NCBI GenBank assembly: GCA_964057225.1
Contig: OZ059900.1
Location: 23,188,001 to 23,252,000, forward strand
Source of the DNA: Auanema rhodensis
Taxonomy: Eukaryota; Animalia; Nematoda
Direction of reading: 5' to 3'
Length of the DNA: 64,000 nt
Shown here: piece by piece, positions 1 through 14,300 of the stretch
Numbering within the stretch: the first letter of the stretch is position 1
Layout: each line of letters opens with the position of its first letter
Translations under genes and position numbers: made by a program
Notes under the pieces: generated by a model
What the model was told of the DNA's origin: nothing
What the model saw: the letters and a program-made list of their open reading frames with translations, nothing else
Database searches by the model: none

Positions 1-2340
1 TTGTACAAACAATTTTGAGCTAGGTTTCATTGACATTGCATGAGTTTGAACACATGAAATCGTAAGTCAAAACCTTGTTTGCAGCGAAATTTCCAAAAAC
101 TGGTTTTCCAGCATAATAAAATATTTCTCATGGGAAAAACTGTGTTTTTGTATTTTTCTAGTGTTCAGCATGTAAAATGCTTCATTTTAGTATGTAACAC
201 GCTGAAATTCGTTGCATTTGACTACTCATATGAACAAAAATCGATTTAATCAATATTAGCCATAAGGGGCGTGCCCTCAGAATATGCTAATTTCCTTAAT
301 TTTCTAACCCCTGTTTTTTTGTCGTGAAAGTGGAACTAGACGTTGTACAAACAATTTTGAGATAGGTTTCATTGACATTGCATGAGTTTGAACACATGAA
401 ATCGTAAGTCAAAACCTTGTTTACAGCGAAATTTCCAAAAACTGGTTTTCCAGCATAATAAAATATTTCTCATGAGAAATACTGTGGTTTTGTATTTTTC
501 TAGTGTTCAGCATGTAAAATGCTTCATTTTAGTATGTAACACGCTGAAATTCGTGGCATTTGACGACTCATATGAACAAAAATCGATTTAATCAATATTA
601 GCCATAAGGAGCGTGCCCTCAGAATATGCTAATTTCCTTAATTTTCTAACCCCTGTTTTTTTGTCGTGAAAGTGGAACTAGACGTTGTACAAACAATTTT
701 GAGCTAGGTTTCATTGACATTGCATGAGTTTGAACACATGAAATCGTAAGTCAAAACCTTGTTTACAGCGAAATTTCCAAAAACTGGTTTTCCAGCATAA
801 TAAAATATTTCTCATGGGAAAAACTGTGTTTTTGTATTTTTCTAGTGTTCAGCATGTAAAATGCTTCATTTTAGTATGTAACACGCTGAAATTCGTTGCA
901 TTTGACGACTCATATGAACAAAAATCGATTTAATCAATATTAGCCATAAGGGGCGTGCCCTCAGAATATGCTAATTTCCTTAATTTTCTAACCCCTGTTT
1001 TTTTGTCGTGAAAGTGGAACTAGACGTTGTACAAACAATTTTGAGCTAGGTTTCATTGACATTGCATGAGTTTGAACACATGAAATCGTAAGTCAAAACC
1101 TTGTTTACAGCGAAATTTCCAAAAACTGGTTTTCCAGCATAATAAAATATTTCTCATGAGAAATACTGTGGTTTTGTATTTTTCTAGTGTTCAGCATGTA
1201 AAATGCTTCATTTTAGTATGTAACACGCTGAAATTCGTTGCATTTGACGACTCATATGAACAAAAATCGATTTAATCAATATTAGCCATAAGGGGCGTGC
1301 CCTCAGAATATGCTAATTTCCTTAATTTTCTAACCCCTGTTTTTTTGTCGTGAAAGTGGAACTAGACGTTGTACAAACAATTTTGAGCTAGGTTTCATTG
1401 ACATTGCATGAGTTTGAACACATGAAATCGTAAGTCAAAACCTTGTTACAGCGAAATTTCCAAAAACTGGTTTTCCAGCATAATAAAATATTTCTCATGA
1501 GAAATACTGTGTTTTTGTATTTTTCTAGTGTTCAGCATGTAAAATGCTTCATTTTAGTATGAAACACGCTGAAATTCGTTGCATTTGACGACTCATATGA
1601 ACAAAAATCGATTTAATCAATATTAGCCATAAGGGGCGTTCCCTCAGAATATGCTAATTTCCTTAATTTTCTAACACCCTGTTTTTTTGTCGTGATAGAG
1701 GAACTAGACGTTGTACAAACAATTTTGAGCTAGGTTTCATTGACATTGCATGAGTTTGAACACATGAAATCGTAAGTCAAAACCTTGTTTACAGCGAAAT
1801 TTCCAAAAACTGGTTTTCCAGCATAATAAAATATTTCTCATGAGAAATACTGTGGTTTTGTATTTTTCTAGTGTTCAGCATGTAAAATGCTTCATTTTAG
1901 TATGTAACACGCTGAAATTCGTGGCATTTGACGACTCATATGAACAAAAATCGATTTAATCAATATTAGCCATAAGGAGCGTGCCCTCAGAATATGCTAA
2001 TTTCCTTAATTTTCTAACCCCTGTTTTTTTGTCGTGAAAGTGGAACTAGACGTTGTACAAACAATTTTGAGCTAGGTTTCATTGACATTGCATGAGTTTG
2101 AACACATGAAATCGTAAGTCAAAACCTTGTTTACAGCGAAATTTCCAAAAACTGGTTTTCCAGCATAATAAAATATTTCTCATGGGAAAAACTGTGTTTT
2201 TGTATTTTTCTAGTGTTCAGCATGTAAAATGCTTCATTTTAGTATGTAACACGCTGAAATTCGTTGCATTTGACGACTCATATGAACAAAAATCGATTTA
2301 ATCAATATTAGCCATAAGGGGCGTGCCCTCAGAATATGCT

Positions 2341-5300
2341 AATTTCCTTAATTTTCTAACCCCTGTTTTTTTGTCGTGAAAGTGGAACTAGACGTTGTAC
2401 AAACAATTTTGAGCTAGGTTTCATTGACATTGCATGAGTTTGAACACATGAAATCGTAAGTCAAAACCTTGTTTACAGCGAAATTTCCAAAAACTGGTTT
2501 TCCAGCATAATAAAATATTTCTCATGGGAAAAACTGTGTTTTTGTATTTTTCTAGTGTTCAGCATGTAAAATGCTTCATTTTAGTATGTAACACGCTGCA
2601 ATTCGTTGCATTTGACGACTCATATGAACAAAAATCGATTTAATCAATATTAGCCATAAGGGGCGTTCCCTCAGAATATGCTAATTTCCTTAATTTTCTA
2701 ACACCCTGTTTTTTTGTCGTGAAAGAGGAACTAGACGTTGTACAAACAATTTTGAGCTAGGTTTCATTGACATTGCATGAGTTTGAACACATGAAATCGT
2801 AAGTCAAAACCTTGTTTACAGCGAAATTTCCAAAAACTGGTTTTCCAGCATAATAAAATATTTCTCATGGGAAAAACTGTGTTTTTGTATTTTTCTAGTG
2901 TTCAGCATGTAAAATGCTTCATTTTAGTATGTAACACGCTGCAATTCGTTGCATTTGACGACTCATATGAACAAAAATCGATTTAATCAATATTAGCCAT
3001 AAGGGGCGTTCCCTCAGAATATGCTAATTTCCTTAATTTTCTAACACCCTGTTTTTTTGTCGTGAAAGAGGAACTAGACGTTGTACAAACAATTTTGAGC
3101 TAGGTTTCATTGACATTGCATGAGTTTGAACACATGAAATCGTAAGTCAAAACCTTGTTTACAGCGAAATTTCCAAAAACTGGTTTTCCAGCATAATAAA
3201 ATATTTCTCATGGGAAAAACTGTGTTTTTGTATTTTTCTAGTGTTCAGCATGTAAAATGCTTCATTTTAGTATGTAACACGCTGAAATTCGTTGCATTTG
3301 ACGACTCATATGAACAAAAATCGATTTAATCAATATTAGCCATAAGGGGCGTGCCCTCAGAATATGCTAATTTCCTTAATTTTCTAACCCCTGTTTTTTT
3401 GTCGTGAAAGTGGAACTAGACGTTGTACAAACAATTTTGAGCTAGGTTTCATTGACATTGCATGAGTTTGAACACATGAAATCGTAAGTCAAAACCTTGT
3501 TTACAGCGAAATTTCCAAAAACTGGTTTTCCAGCATAATAAAATATTTCTCATGGGAAAAACTGTGTTTTTGTATTTTTCTAGTGTTCAGCATGTAAAAT
3601 GCTTCATTTTAGTATGTAACACGCTGCAATTCGTTGCATTTGACGACTCATATGAACAAAAATCGATTTAATCAATATTAGCCATAAGGGGCGTGCCCTC
3701 AGAATATGCTAATTTCCTTAATTTTCTAACCCCTGTTTTTTTGTCGTGAAAGTGGAACTAGACGTTGTACAAACAATTTTGAGCTAGGTTTCATTGACAT
3801 TGCATGAGTTTGAACACATGAAATCGTAAGTCAAAACCTTGTTTACAGCGAAATTTCCAAAAACTGGTTTTCCAGCATAATAAAATATTTCTCATGGGAA
3901 AAACTGTGTTTTTGTATTTTTCTAGTGTTCAGCATGTAAAATGCTTCATTTTAGTATGTAACACGCTGAAATTCGTTGCATTTGACGACTCATATGAACA
4001 AAAATCGATTTAATCAATATTAGCCATAAGGAGCGTGCCCTCAGAATATGCTAATTTCCTTAATTTTCTAACCCCTGTTTTTTTGTCGTGAAAGTGGAAC
4101 TAGACGTTGTACAAACAATTTTGAGCTAGGTTTCATTGACATTGCATGAGTTTGAACACATGAAATCGTAAGTCAAAACCTTGTTTACAGCGAAATTTCC
4201 AAAAACTGGTTTTTCAGCATAATAAAATATTTCTCATGAGAAATACTGTGTTTTTGTATTTTTCTAGTGTTCAGCATGTAAAATGCTTCATTTTAGTATG
4301 TAACACGCTGAAATTCGTTGCATTTGACGACTCATATGAACAAAAATCGATTTAATCAATATTAGCCATAAGGGGCGTGCCCTCAGAATATGCTAATTTC
4401 CTTAATTTTCTAACCCCTGTTTTTTTGTCGTGAAAGTGGAACTAGACGTTGTACAAACAATTTTGAGCTAGGTTTCATTGACATTGCATGAGTTTGAACA
4501 CATGAAATCGTAAGTCAAAACCTTGTTTACAGCGAAATTTCCAAAAACTGGTTTTCCAGCATAATAAAATATTTCTCATGGGAAATACTGTGTTTTTGTA
4601 TTTTTCTAGTGTTCAGCATGTAAAATGCTTCATTTTAGTATGTAACACGCTGAAATTCGTTGCATTTGACGACTCATATGAACAAAAATCGATTTAATCA
4701 ATATTAGCCATAAGGAGCGTGCCCTCAGAATATGCTAATTTCCTTAATTTTCTAACCCCTGTTTTTTGTCGTGAAAGTGGAACTAGACGTTGTAGGAACA
4801 GTTTTGAGCTAGGTTTCATTGACATTGCATGAGTTTGAACACATGAAATCGTAAGTCAAAACCTTGTTTACGGCGAAATTTCCATAAAATTGGTTTTCCA
4901 GCATAATAAAATATTTCTCATGGGAAATACTGTGTTTTTGTATTTTTCTAGTGTTCAGCATGTAAAATGCTTCATTTTAGTATGTAACACGCTGAAATTC
5001 GTTGCATTTGACGACTCATATGAACAAAAATCGATTTAATCAATATTAGCCATAAGGGGCGTGCCCTCAGAATATGCTAATTTCCTTAATTTTCTAACCC
5101 CTGTTTTTTTGTCGTGAAAGTGGAACTAGACGTTGTACAAACAATTTTGAGCTAGGTTTCATTGACATTGCATGAGTTTGAACACATGAAATCGTAAGTC
5201 AAAACCTTGTTTACAGCGAAATTTCCAAAAACTGGTTTTCCAGCATAATAAAATATTTCTCATGGGAAAAACTGTGTTTTTGTATTTTTCTAGTGTTCAG

Positions 5301-8300
5301 CATGTAAAATGCTTCATTTTAGTATGTAACACGCTGAAATTCGTTGCATTTGACGACTCATATGAACAAAAATCGATTTAATCAATATTAGCCATAAGGG
5401 GCGTGCCCTCAGAATATGCTAATTTCCTTAATTTTCTAACCCCTGTTTTTTGTCGTGAAAGTGGAACTAGACGTTGTAGGAACAGTTTTGAGCTAGGTTT
5501 CATTGACATTGCATGAGTTTGAACACATGAAATCGTAAGTCAAAACCTTGTTTACGGCGAAATTTCCATAAAATTGGTTTTCCAGCATAATAAAATATTT
5601 CTCATGGGAAATACTGTGTTTTTGTATTTTTCTAGTGTTCAGCATGTAAAATACTTCATTTAAGTATGTAACACGCTGAAATTCGTTGCATTTGACGACT
5701 CATATGAACAAAAATCGATTTAATCAATATTAGCCATAAGGGGCGTGCCCTCAGAATATGCTAATTTCCTAAATTTTCTAACCCCTGTTTTTTTGTCGTG
5801 AAAGTGGAACTAGACGTTGTAGGAACAATTTTGAGCTAGGTTTCATTGACATTGCATGAGTTTGAACACATGAAATCGTAAGCCAAAACCTTGTTTACAG
5901 CGAAATTTCCAAAAACTGGTTTTCCAGCATAATAAAATATTTCTCATGAGAAATACTGTGTTTTTGTATTTTTCTAGTGTTCAGCATGTAAAATGCTTCA
6001 TTTTAGTATGTAACACGCTGAAATTCGTTGCATTTGACGACTCATATGAACAAAAATCGATTTAATCAATATTAGCCATAAGGGGCGTGCCCTCAGAATA
6101 TGCTAATTTCCTTAATTTTCTAACCCCTGTTTTTTGTCGTGAAAGTGGAACTAGACGTTGTAGGAACAATTTTGAGCTAGGTTTCATTGACATTGCATGA
6201 GTTTGAACACATGAAATCGTAAGTCAAAACCTTGTTTACAGCGAAATTTCCAAAAACTGGTTTTCCAGCATAATAAAATATTTCTCATGGGAAATACTGT
6301 GTTTTTGTATTTTTCTAGTGTTCAGCATGTAGAATACTTCATTTAAGTATGTAACACGCTGAAATTCGTTGCATTTGACGACTCATATGAACAAAAATCG
6401 ATTTAATCAATATTAGCCATAAGGGGCGTGCCCTCAGAATATGCTAATTTCCTTAATTTTCTAACCCTTGTTTTTTTGTCGTGAAAGTGGAACTAGACGT
6501 TGTACAAACAATTTTGAGCTAGGTTTCATTGACATTGCATGAGTTTGAACATATGAAATCGTAAGTCAAAACCTTGTTTACAGCGAAATTTCCAAAAACT
6601 GGTTTTCCAGCATAATAAAATATTTCTCATGGGAAATACTGTGTTTTTGTATTTTTCTAGTGTTCAGCATGTAAAATACTTCATTTTAGTATGTAACACG
6701 CTGAAATTCGTTGCATTGGACGACTCATATGAACAAAAATCGATTTAATCAATATTAGCCATAAGGGGCGTGCCCTCAGAATATGCTAACTTCCTAATTT
6801 TTCTAACCCCTGTTTTTTTGTCGTGAAAGTGGAACTAGACGTTGTACGAACAATTTTGAGCTAGGTTTCATTGACATTGCATGAGTTTGAACACATGAAA
6901 TCGTAAGTCAAAACCTTGTTTACAGCGAAATTTCCAAAAACTGGTTTTCCAGCATAATAAAATATTTCTCATGGGAAATACTGTGTTTTTGTATTTTTTT
7001 AGTGTTCAGCATGTAAAATGCTTCATTTTAGTATGTAACACGCTGAAATTCGTTGCATTTGACGACTCATATGAACAAAAATCGATTTAATCAATATTAG
7101 CCATAAGGGGCGTGCCCTCAGAATATGCTAATTTCCTTAATTTTCTAACCCCTGTTTTTTTGTCGTGAAAGTGGAACTAGACGTTGTACAAACAATTTTG
7201 AGCTAGGTTTCATTGACATTGCATGAGTTTGAACACATGAAATCGTAAGTCAAAACCTTGTTTACAGCGAAATTTCCAAAAACTGGTTTTTCAGCATAAT
7301 AAAATATTTCTCATGAGAAATACTGTGTTTTTGTATTTTTCTAGTGTTCAGCATGTAAAATGCTTCATTTTAGTATGTAACACGCTGAAATTCGTTGCAT
7401 TTGACGACTCATATGAACAAAAATCGATTTAATCAATATTAGCCATAAGGGGCGTGCCCTCAGAATATGCTAATTTCCTTAATTTTCTAACCCCTGTTTT
7501 TTGTCGTGAAAGTGGAACTAGACGTTGTAGGAACAGTTTTGAGCTAGGTTTCATTGACATTGCATGAGTTTGAACACATGAACTCGTAAGTCAAAACCTT
7601 GTTTACGGCGAAATTTCCAAAAACTGGTTTTCCAGCATAATAAAATATTTCTCATGGGAAATACTGTGTTTTTGTATTTTTCTAGTGTTCAGCATGTAAA
7701 ATACTTCATTTAAGTATGTAACACGCTGAAATTCGTTGCATTTGACGACTCATATGAACAAAAATCGATTTAATCAATATTAGCCATAAGGGGCGTGCCC
7801 TCAGAATATGCTAATTTCCTAAATTTTCTAACCCCTGTTTTTTTGTCGTGAAAGTGGAACTAGACGTTGTAGGAACAATTTTGAGCTAGGTTTCATTGAC
7901 ATTGCATGAGTTTGAACACATGAAATCGTAAGCCAAAACCTTGTTTACAGCGAAATTTCCAAAAACTGGTTTTCCAGCATAATAAAATATTTCTCATGAG
8001 AAATACTGTGTTTTTGTATTTTTCTAGTGTTCAGCATGTAAAATGCTTCATTTTAGTATGTAACACGCTGAAATTCGTTGCATTTGACGACTCATATGAA
8101 CAAAAATCGATTTAATCAATATTAGCCATAAGGGGCGTGCCCTCAGAATATGCTAATTTCCTTAATTTTCTAACCCCTGTTTTTTGTCGTGAAAGTGGAA
8201 CTAGACGTTGTAGGAACAATTTTGAGCTAGGTTTCATTGACATTGCATGAGTTTGAACACATGAAATCGTAAGTCAAAACCTTGTTTACAGCGAAATTTC

Positions 8301-11300
8301 CAAAAACTGGTTTTCCAGCATAATAAAATATTTCTCATGGGAAATACTGTGTTTTTGTATTTTTCTAGTGTTCAGCATGTAGAATACTTCATTTAAGTAT
8401 GTAACACGCTGAAATTCGTTGCATTTGACGACTCATATGAACAAAAATCGATTTAATCAATATTAGCCATAAGGGGCGTGCCCTCAGAATATGCTAATTT
8501 CCTTAATTTTCTAACCCTTGTTTTTTTGTCGTGAAAGTGGAACTAGACGTTGTACAAACAATTTTGAGCTAGGTTTCATTGACATTGCATGAGTTTGAAC
8601 ATATGAAATCGTAAGTCAAAACCTTGTTTACAGCGAAATTTCCAAAAACTGGTTTTCCAGCATAATAAAATATTTCTCATGGGAAATACTGTGTTTTTGT
8701 ATTTTTCTAGTGTTCAGCATGTAAAATACTTCATTTTAGTATGTAACACGCTGAAATTCGTTGCATTGGACGACTCATATGAACAAAAATCGATTTAATC
8801 AATATTAGCCATAAGGGGCGTGCCCTCAGAATATGCTAATTTCCTAATTTTTCTAACCCCTGTTTTTTTGTCGTGAAAGTGGAACTAGACGTTGTACGAA
8901 CAATTTTGAGCTAGGTTTCATTGACATTGCATGAGTTTGAACACATGAAATCGTAAGTCAAAACCTTGTTTACAGCGAAATTTCCAAAAACTGGTTTTCC
9001 AGCATAATAAAATATTTCTCATGGGAAATACTGTGTTTTTGTATTTTTTTAGTGTTCAGCATGTAAAATGCTTCATTTTAGTATGTAACACGCTGAAATT
9101 CGTTGCATTTGACGACTCATATGAACAAAAATCGATTTAATCAATATTAGCCATAAGGGGCGTGCCCTCAGAATATGCTAATTTCCTTAATTTTCTAACC
9201 CCTGTTTTTTGTCGTGAAAGTGGAACTAGACGTTGTAGGAACAATTTTGAGCTAGGTTTCATTGACATTGCATGAGTTTGAACACATGAAATCGTAAGTC
9301 AAAACCTTGTTTACAGCGAAATTTCCAAAAACTGGTTTTCCAGCATAATAAAATATTTCTCTTGGGAAATACTGTGTTTTTGTATTTTTCTAGTGTTCAG
9401 CATGTAAAATACTTCATTTAAGTATGTAACACGCTGAAATTCGTTGCATTTGACGACTCATATGAACAAAAATCGATTTAATCAATATTAGCCATAAGGG
9501 GCGTGCCCTCAGAATATGCTAATTTCCTTAATTTTCTAACCCTTGTTTTTTTGTCGTGAAAGTGGAACTAGACGTTGTACAAACAATTTTGAGCTAGGTT
9601 TCATTGACATTGCATGAGTTTGAACATATGAAATCGTAAGTCAAAACCTTGTTTACAGCGAAATTTCCAAAAACTGGTTTTCCAGCATAATAAAATATTT
9701 CTCATGGGAAATACTGTGTTTTTGTATTTTTCTAGTGTTCAGCATGTAAAATACTTCATTTTAGTATGTAACACGCTGAAATTCGTTGCATTGGACGACT
9801 CATATGAACAAAAATCGATTTAATCAATATTAGCCATAAGGGGCGTGCCCTCAGAATATGCTAATTTCCTAATTTTTCTAACCCCTGTTTTTTTGTCGTG
9901 AAAGTGGAACTAGACGTTGTACGAACAATTTTGAGCTAGGTTTCATTGACATTGCATGAGTTTGAACACATGAAATCGTAAGTCAAAACCTTGTTTACAG
10001 CGAAATTTCCAAAAACTGGTTTTCCAGCATAATAAAATATTTCTCATGGGAAATACTGTGTTTTTGTATTTTTTTAGTGTTCAGCATGTAAAATGCTTCA
10101 TTTTAGTATGTAACACGCTGAAATTTGTTGCATTTGACGACTCATATGAACAAAAATCGATTTAATCAATATTAGCCATAAGGGGCGTGCCCTCAGAATA
10201 TGCTAATTTCCTTAATTTTCTAACCCTTGTTTTTTTGTCGTGAAAGTGGAACTAGACGTTGTACAAACAATTTTGAGCTAGGTTTCATTGACATTGCATG
10301 AGTTTGAACATATGAAATCGTAAGTCAAAACCTTGTTTACAGCGAAATTTCCAAAAACTGGTTTTCCAGCATAATAAAATATTTCTCATGAGAAATACTG
10401 TGTTTTTGTATTTTTCTAGTGTTCAGCATGTAAAATGCTTCATTTTAGTATGTAACACGCTGAAATTCGTTGCATTTGACGACTCATATGAACAAAAATC
10501 GATTTAATCAATATTAGCCATAAGGGGCGTGCCCTCAGAATATGCTAATTTCCTTAATTTTCTAACCCCTGTTTTTTGTCGTGAAAGTGGAACTAGACGT
10601 TGTACAAACAATTTTGAGCTAGGTTTCATTGACATTGCATGAGTTTGAACACATGAAATCGTAAGTCAAAACCTTGTTTACAGCGAAATTTCCAAAAACT
10701 GGTTTTCCAGCATAATAAAATATTTCTCATGGGAAATACTGTGTTTTTGTATTTTTTTAGTGTTCAGCATGTAAAATGCTTCATTTTAGTATGTAACACG
10801 CTGAAATTCGTTGCATTTGACGACTCATATGAACAAAAATCGATTTAATCAATATTAGCCATAAGGGGCGTGCCCTCAGAATATGCTAATTTCCTTAATT
10901 TTCTAACCCCTGTTTTTTTGTCGTGAAAGTGGAACTAGACGTTGTACAAACAATTTTGAGCTAGGTTTCATTGACATTGCATGAGTTTGAACACATGAAA
11001 TCGTAAGTCAAAACCTTGTTTACAGCGAAATTTCCAAAAACTGGTTTTTCAGCATAATAAAATATTTCTCATGAGAAATACTGTGTTTTTGTATTTTTCT
11101 AGTGTTCAGCATGTAAAATGCTTCATTTTAGTATGTAACACGCTGAAATTCGTTGCATTTGACGACTCATATGAACAAAAATCGATTTAATCAATATTAG
11201 CCATAAGGGGCGTGCCCTCAGAATATGCTAATTTCCTTAATTTTCTAACCCCTGTTTTTTTGTCGTGAAAGTGGAACTAGACGTTGTACAAACAATTTTG

Positions 11301-14300
11301 AGCTAGGTTTCATTGACATTGCATGAGTTTGAACACATGAAATCGTAAGTCAAAACCTTGTTTACAGCGAAATTTCCAAAAACTGGTTTTCCAGCATAAT
11401 AAAATATTTCTCATGGGAAAAACTGTGTTTTTGTATTTTTCTAGTGTTCAGCATGTAAAATACTTCATTTAAGTATGTAACACGCTGAAATTCGTTGCAT
11501 TTGACGACTCATATGAACAAAAATCGATTTAATCAATATTAGCCATAAGGGGCGTGCCCTCAGAATATGCTAATTTCCTTAATTTTCTAACCCCTGTTTT
11601 TTGTCGTGAAAGTGGAACTAGACGTTGTAGGAACAGTTTTGAGCTAGGTTTCATTGACATTGCATGAGTTTGAACACATGAAATCGTAAGTCAAAACCTT
11701 GTTTACGGCGAAATTTCCAAAAACTGGTTTTCCAGCATAATAAAATATTTCTCATGGGAAATACTGTGTTTTTGTATTTTTCTAGTGTTCAGCATGTAAA
11801 ATACTTCATTTAAGTATGTAACACGCTGAAATTCGTTGCATTTGACGACTCATATGAACAAAAATCGATTTAATCAATATTAGCCATAAGGGGCGTGCCC
11901 TCAGAATATGCTAATTTCCTAAATTTTCTAACCCCTGTTTTTTTGTCGTGAAAGTGGAACTAGACGTTGTAGGAACAATTTTGAGCTAGGTTTCATTGAC
12001 ATTGCATGAGTTTGAACACATGAAATCGTAAGCCAAAACCTTGTTTACAGCGAAATTTCCAAAAACTGGTTTTCCAGCATAATAAAATATTTCTCATGAG
12101 AAATACTGTGTTTTTGTATTTTTCTAGTGTTCAGCATGTAAAATGCTTCATTCTAGTATGTAACACGCTGAAATTCGTTGCATTTGACGACTCATATGAA
12201 CAAAAATCGATTTAATCAATATTAGCCATAAGGGGCGTGCCCTCAGAATATGCTAATTTCCTTAATTTTCTAACCCCTGTTTTTTGTCGTGAAAGTGGAA
12301 CTAGACGTTGTAGGAACAATTTTGAGCTAGGTTTCATTGACATTGCATGAGTTTGAACACATGAAATCGTAAGTCAAAACCTTGTTTACAGCGAAATTTC
12401 CAAAAACTGGTTTTCCAGCATAATAAAATATTTCTCATGGGAAATACTGTGTTTTTGTATTTTTCTAGTGTTCAGCATGTAGAATACTTCATTTAAGTAT
12501 GTAACACGCTGAAATTCGTTGCATTTGACGACTCATATGAACAAAAATCGATTTAATCAATATTAGCCATAAGGGGCGTGCCCTCAGAATATGCTAATTT
12601 CCTTAATTTTCTAACCCTTGTTTTTTTGTCGTGAAAGTGGAACTAGACGTTGTACAAACAATTTTGAGCTAGGTTTCATTGACATTGCATGAGTTTGAAC
12701 ATATGAAATCGTAAGTCAAAACCTTGTTTACAGCGAAATTTCCAAAAACTGGTTTTCCAGCATAATAAAATATTTCTCATGGGAAATACTGTGTTTTTGT
12801 ATTTTTCTAGTGTTCAGCATGTAAAATACTTCATTTTAGTATGTAACACGCTGAAATTCGTTGCATTGGACGACTCATATGAACAAAAATCGATTTAATC
12901 AATATTAGCCATAAGGGGCGTGCCCTCAGAATATGCTAATTTCCTAATTTTTCTAACCCCTGTTTTTTTGTCGTGAAAGTGGAACTAGACGTTGTACGAA
13001 CAATTTTGAGCTAGGTTTCATTGACATTGCATGAGTTTGAACACATGAAATCGTAAGTCAAAACCTTGTTTACAGCGAAATTTCCAAAAACTGGTTTTCC
13101 AGCATAATAAAATATTTCTCATGGGAAATACTGTGTTTTTGTATTTTTTTAGTGTTCAGCATGTAAAATGCTTCATTTTAGTATGTAACACGCTGAAATT
13201 CGTTGCATTTGACGACTCATATGAACAAAAATCGATTTAATCAATATTAGCCATAAGGGGCGTGCCCTCAGAATATGCTAATTTCCTTAATTTTCTAACC
13301 CCTGTTTTTTGTCGTGAAAGTGGAACTAGACGTTGTAGGAACAATTTTGAGCTAGGTTTCATTGACATTGCATGAGTTTGAACACATGAAATCGTAAGTC
13401 AAAACCTTGTTTACAGCGAAATTTCCAAAAACTGGTTTTCCAGCATAATAAAATATTTCTCTTGGGAAATACTGTGTTTTTGTATTTTTCTAGTGTTCAG
13501 CATGTAAAATACTTCATTTAAGTATGTAACACGCTGAAATTCGTTGCATTTGACGACTCATATGAACAAAAATCGATTTAATCAATATTAGCCATAAGGG
13601 GCGTGCCCTCAGAATATGCTAATTTCCTTAATTTTCTAACCCCTGTTTTTTTGTCGTGAAAGTGGAACTAGACGTTGTACAAACAATTTTGAGCTAGGTT
13701 TCATTGACATTGCATGAGTTTGAACACATGAAATCGTAAGTCAAAACCTTGTTTACAGCGAAATTTCCAAAAACTGGTTTTCCAGCATAATAAAATATTT
13801 CTCATGGGAAAAACTGTGTTTTTGTATTTTTCTAGTGTTCAGCATGTAAAATGCTTCATTTTAGTATGTAACACGCTGCAATTCGTTGCATTTGACGACT
13901 CATATGAACAAAAATCGATTTAATCAATATTAGCCATAAGGGGCGTTCCCTCAGAATATGCTAATTTCCTTAATTTTCTAACACCCTGTTTTTTTGTCGT
14001 GAAAGAGGAACTAGACGTTGTACAAACAATTTTGAGCTAGGTTTCATTGACATTGCATGAGTTTGAACACATGAAATCGTAAGTCAAAACCTTGTTTACA
14101 GCGAAATTTCCAAAAACTGGTTTTCCAGCATAATAAAATATTTCTCATGGGAAAAACTGTGTTTTTGTATTTTTCTAGTGTTCAGCATGTAAAATGCTTC
14201 ATTTTAGTATGTAACACGCTGCAATTCGTTGCATTTGACGACTCATATGAACAAAAATCGATTTAATCAATATTAGCCATAAGGGGCGTTCCCTCAGAAT

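Noticed and set aside
304-312. Telomere-like CTAACCCC
   Set aside because: It is a single unit per monomer with no tandem run, which is expected by chance.
255-320. Rho-independent terminator (GC stem plus T7) and AATAAA poly(A) signal at 115-120
   Set aside because: The stem is only 4 bp and about 37 nt from the T tract. Such short AT-rich motifs are expected by chance and there is no transcription unit.
1-342. Tandem 5S rRNA, tRNA or snRNA gene unit
   Set aside because: I recognise no such sequence, cloverleaf or Pol III box arrangement. An Rfam/Infernal search would settle it.
1-342. Assignment to a named satellite family or species
   Set aside because: AT-rich satellites of about 340 bp occur in many taxa. 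I do not recognise this sequence and cannot run a search.
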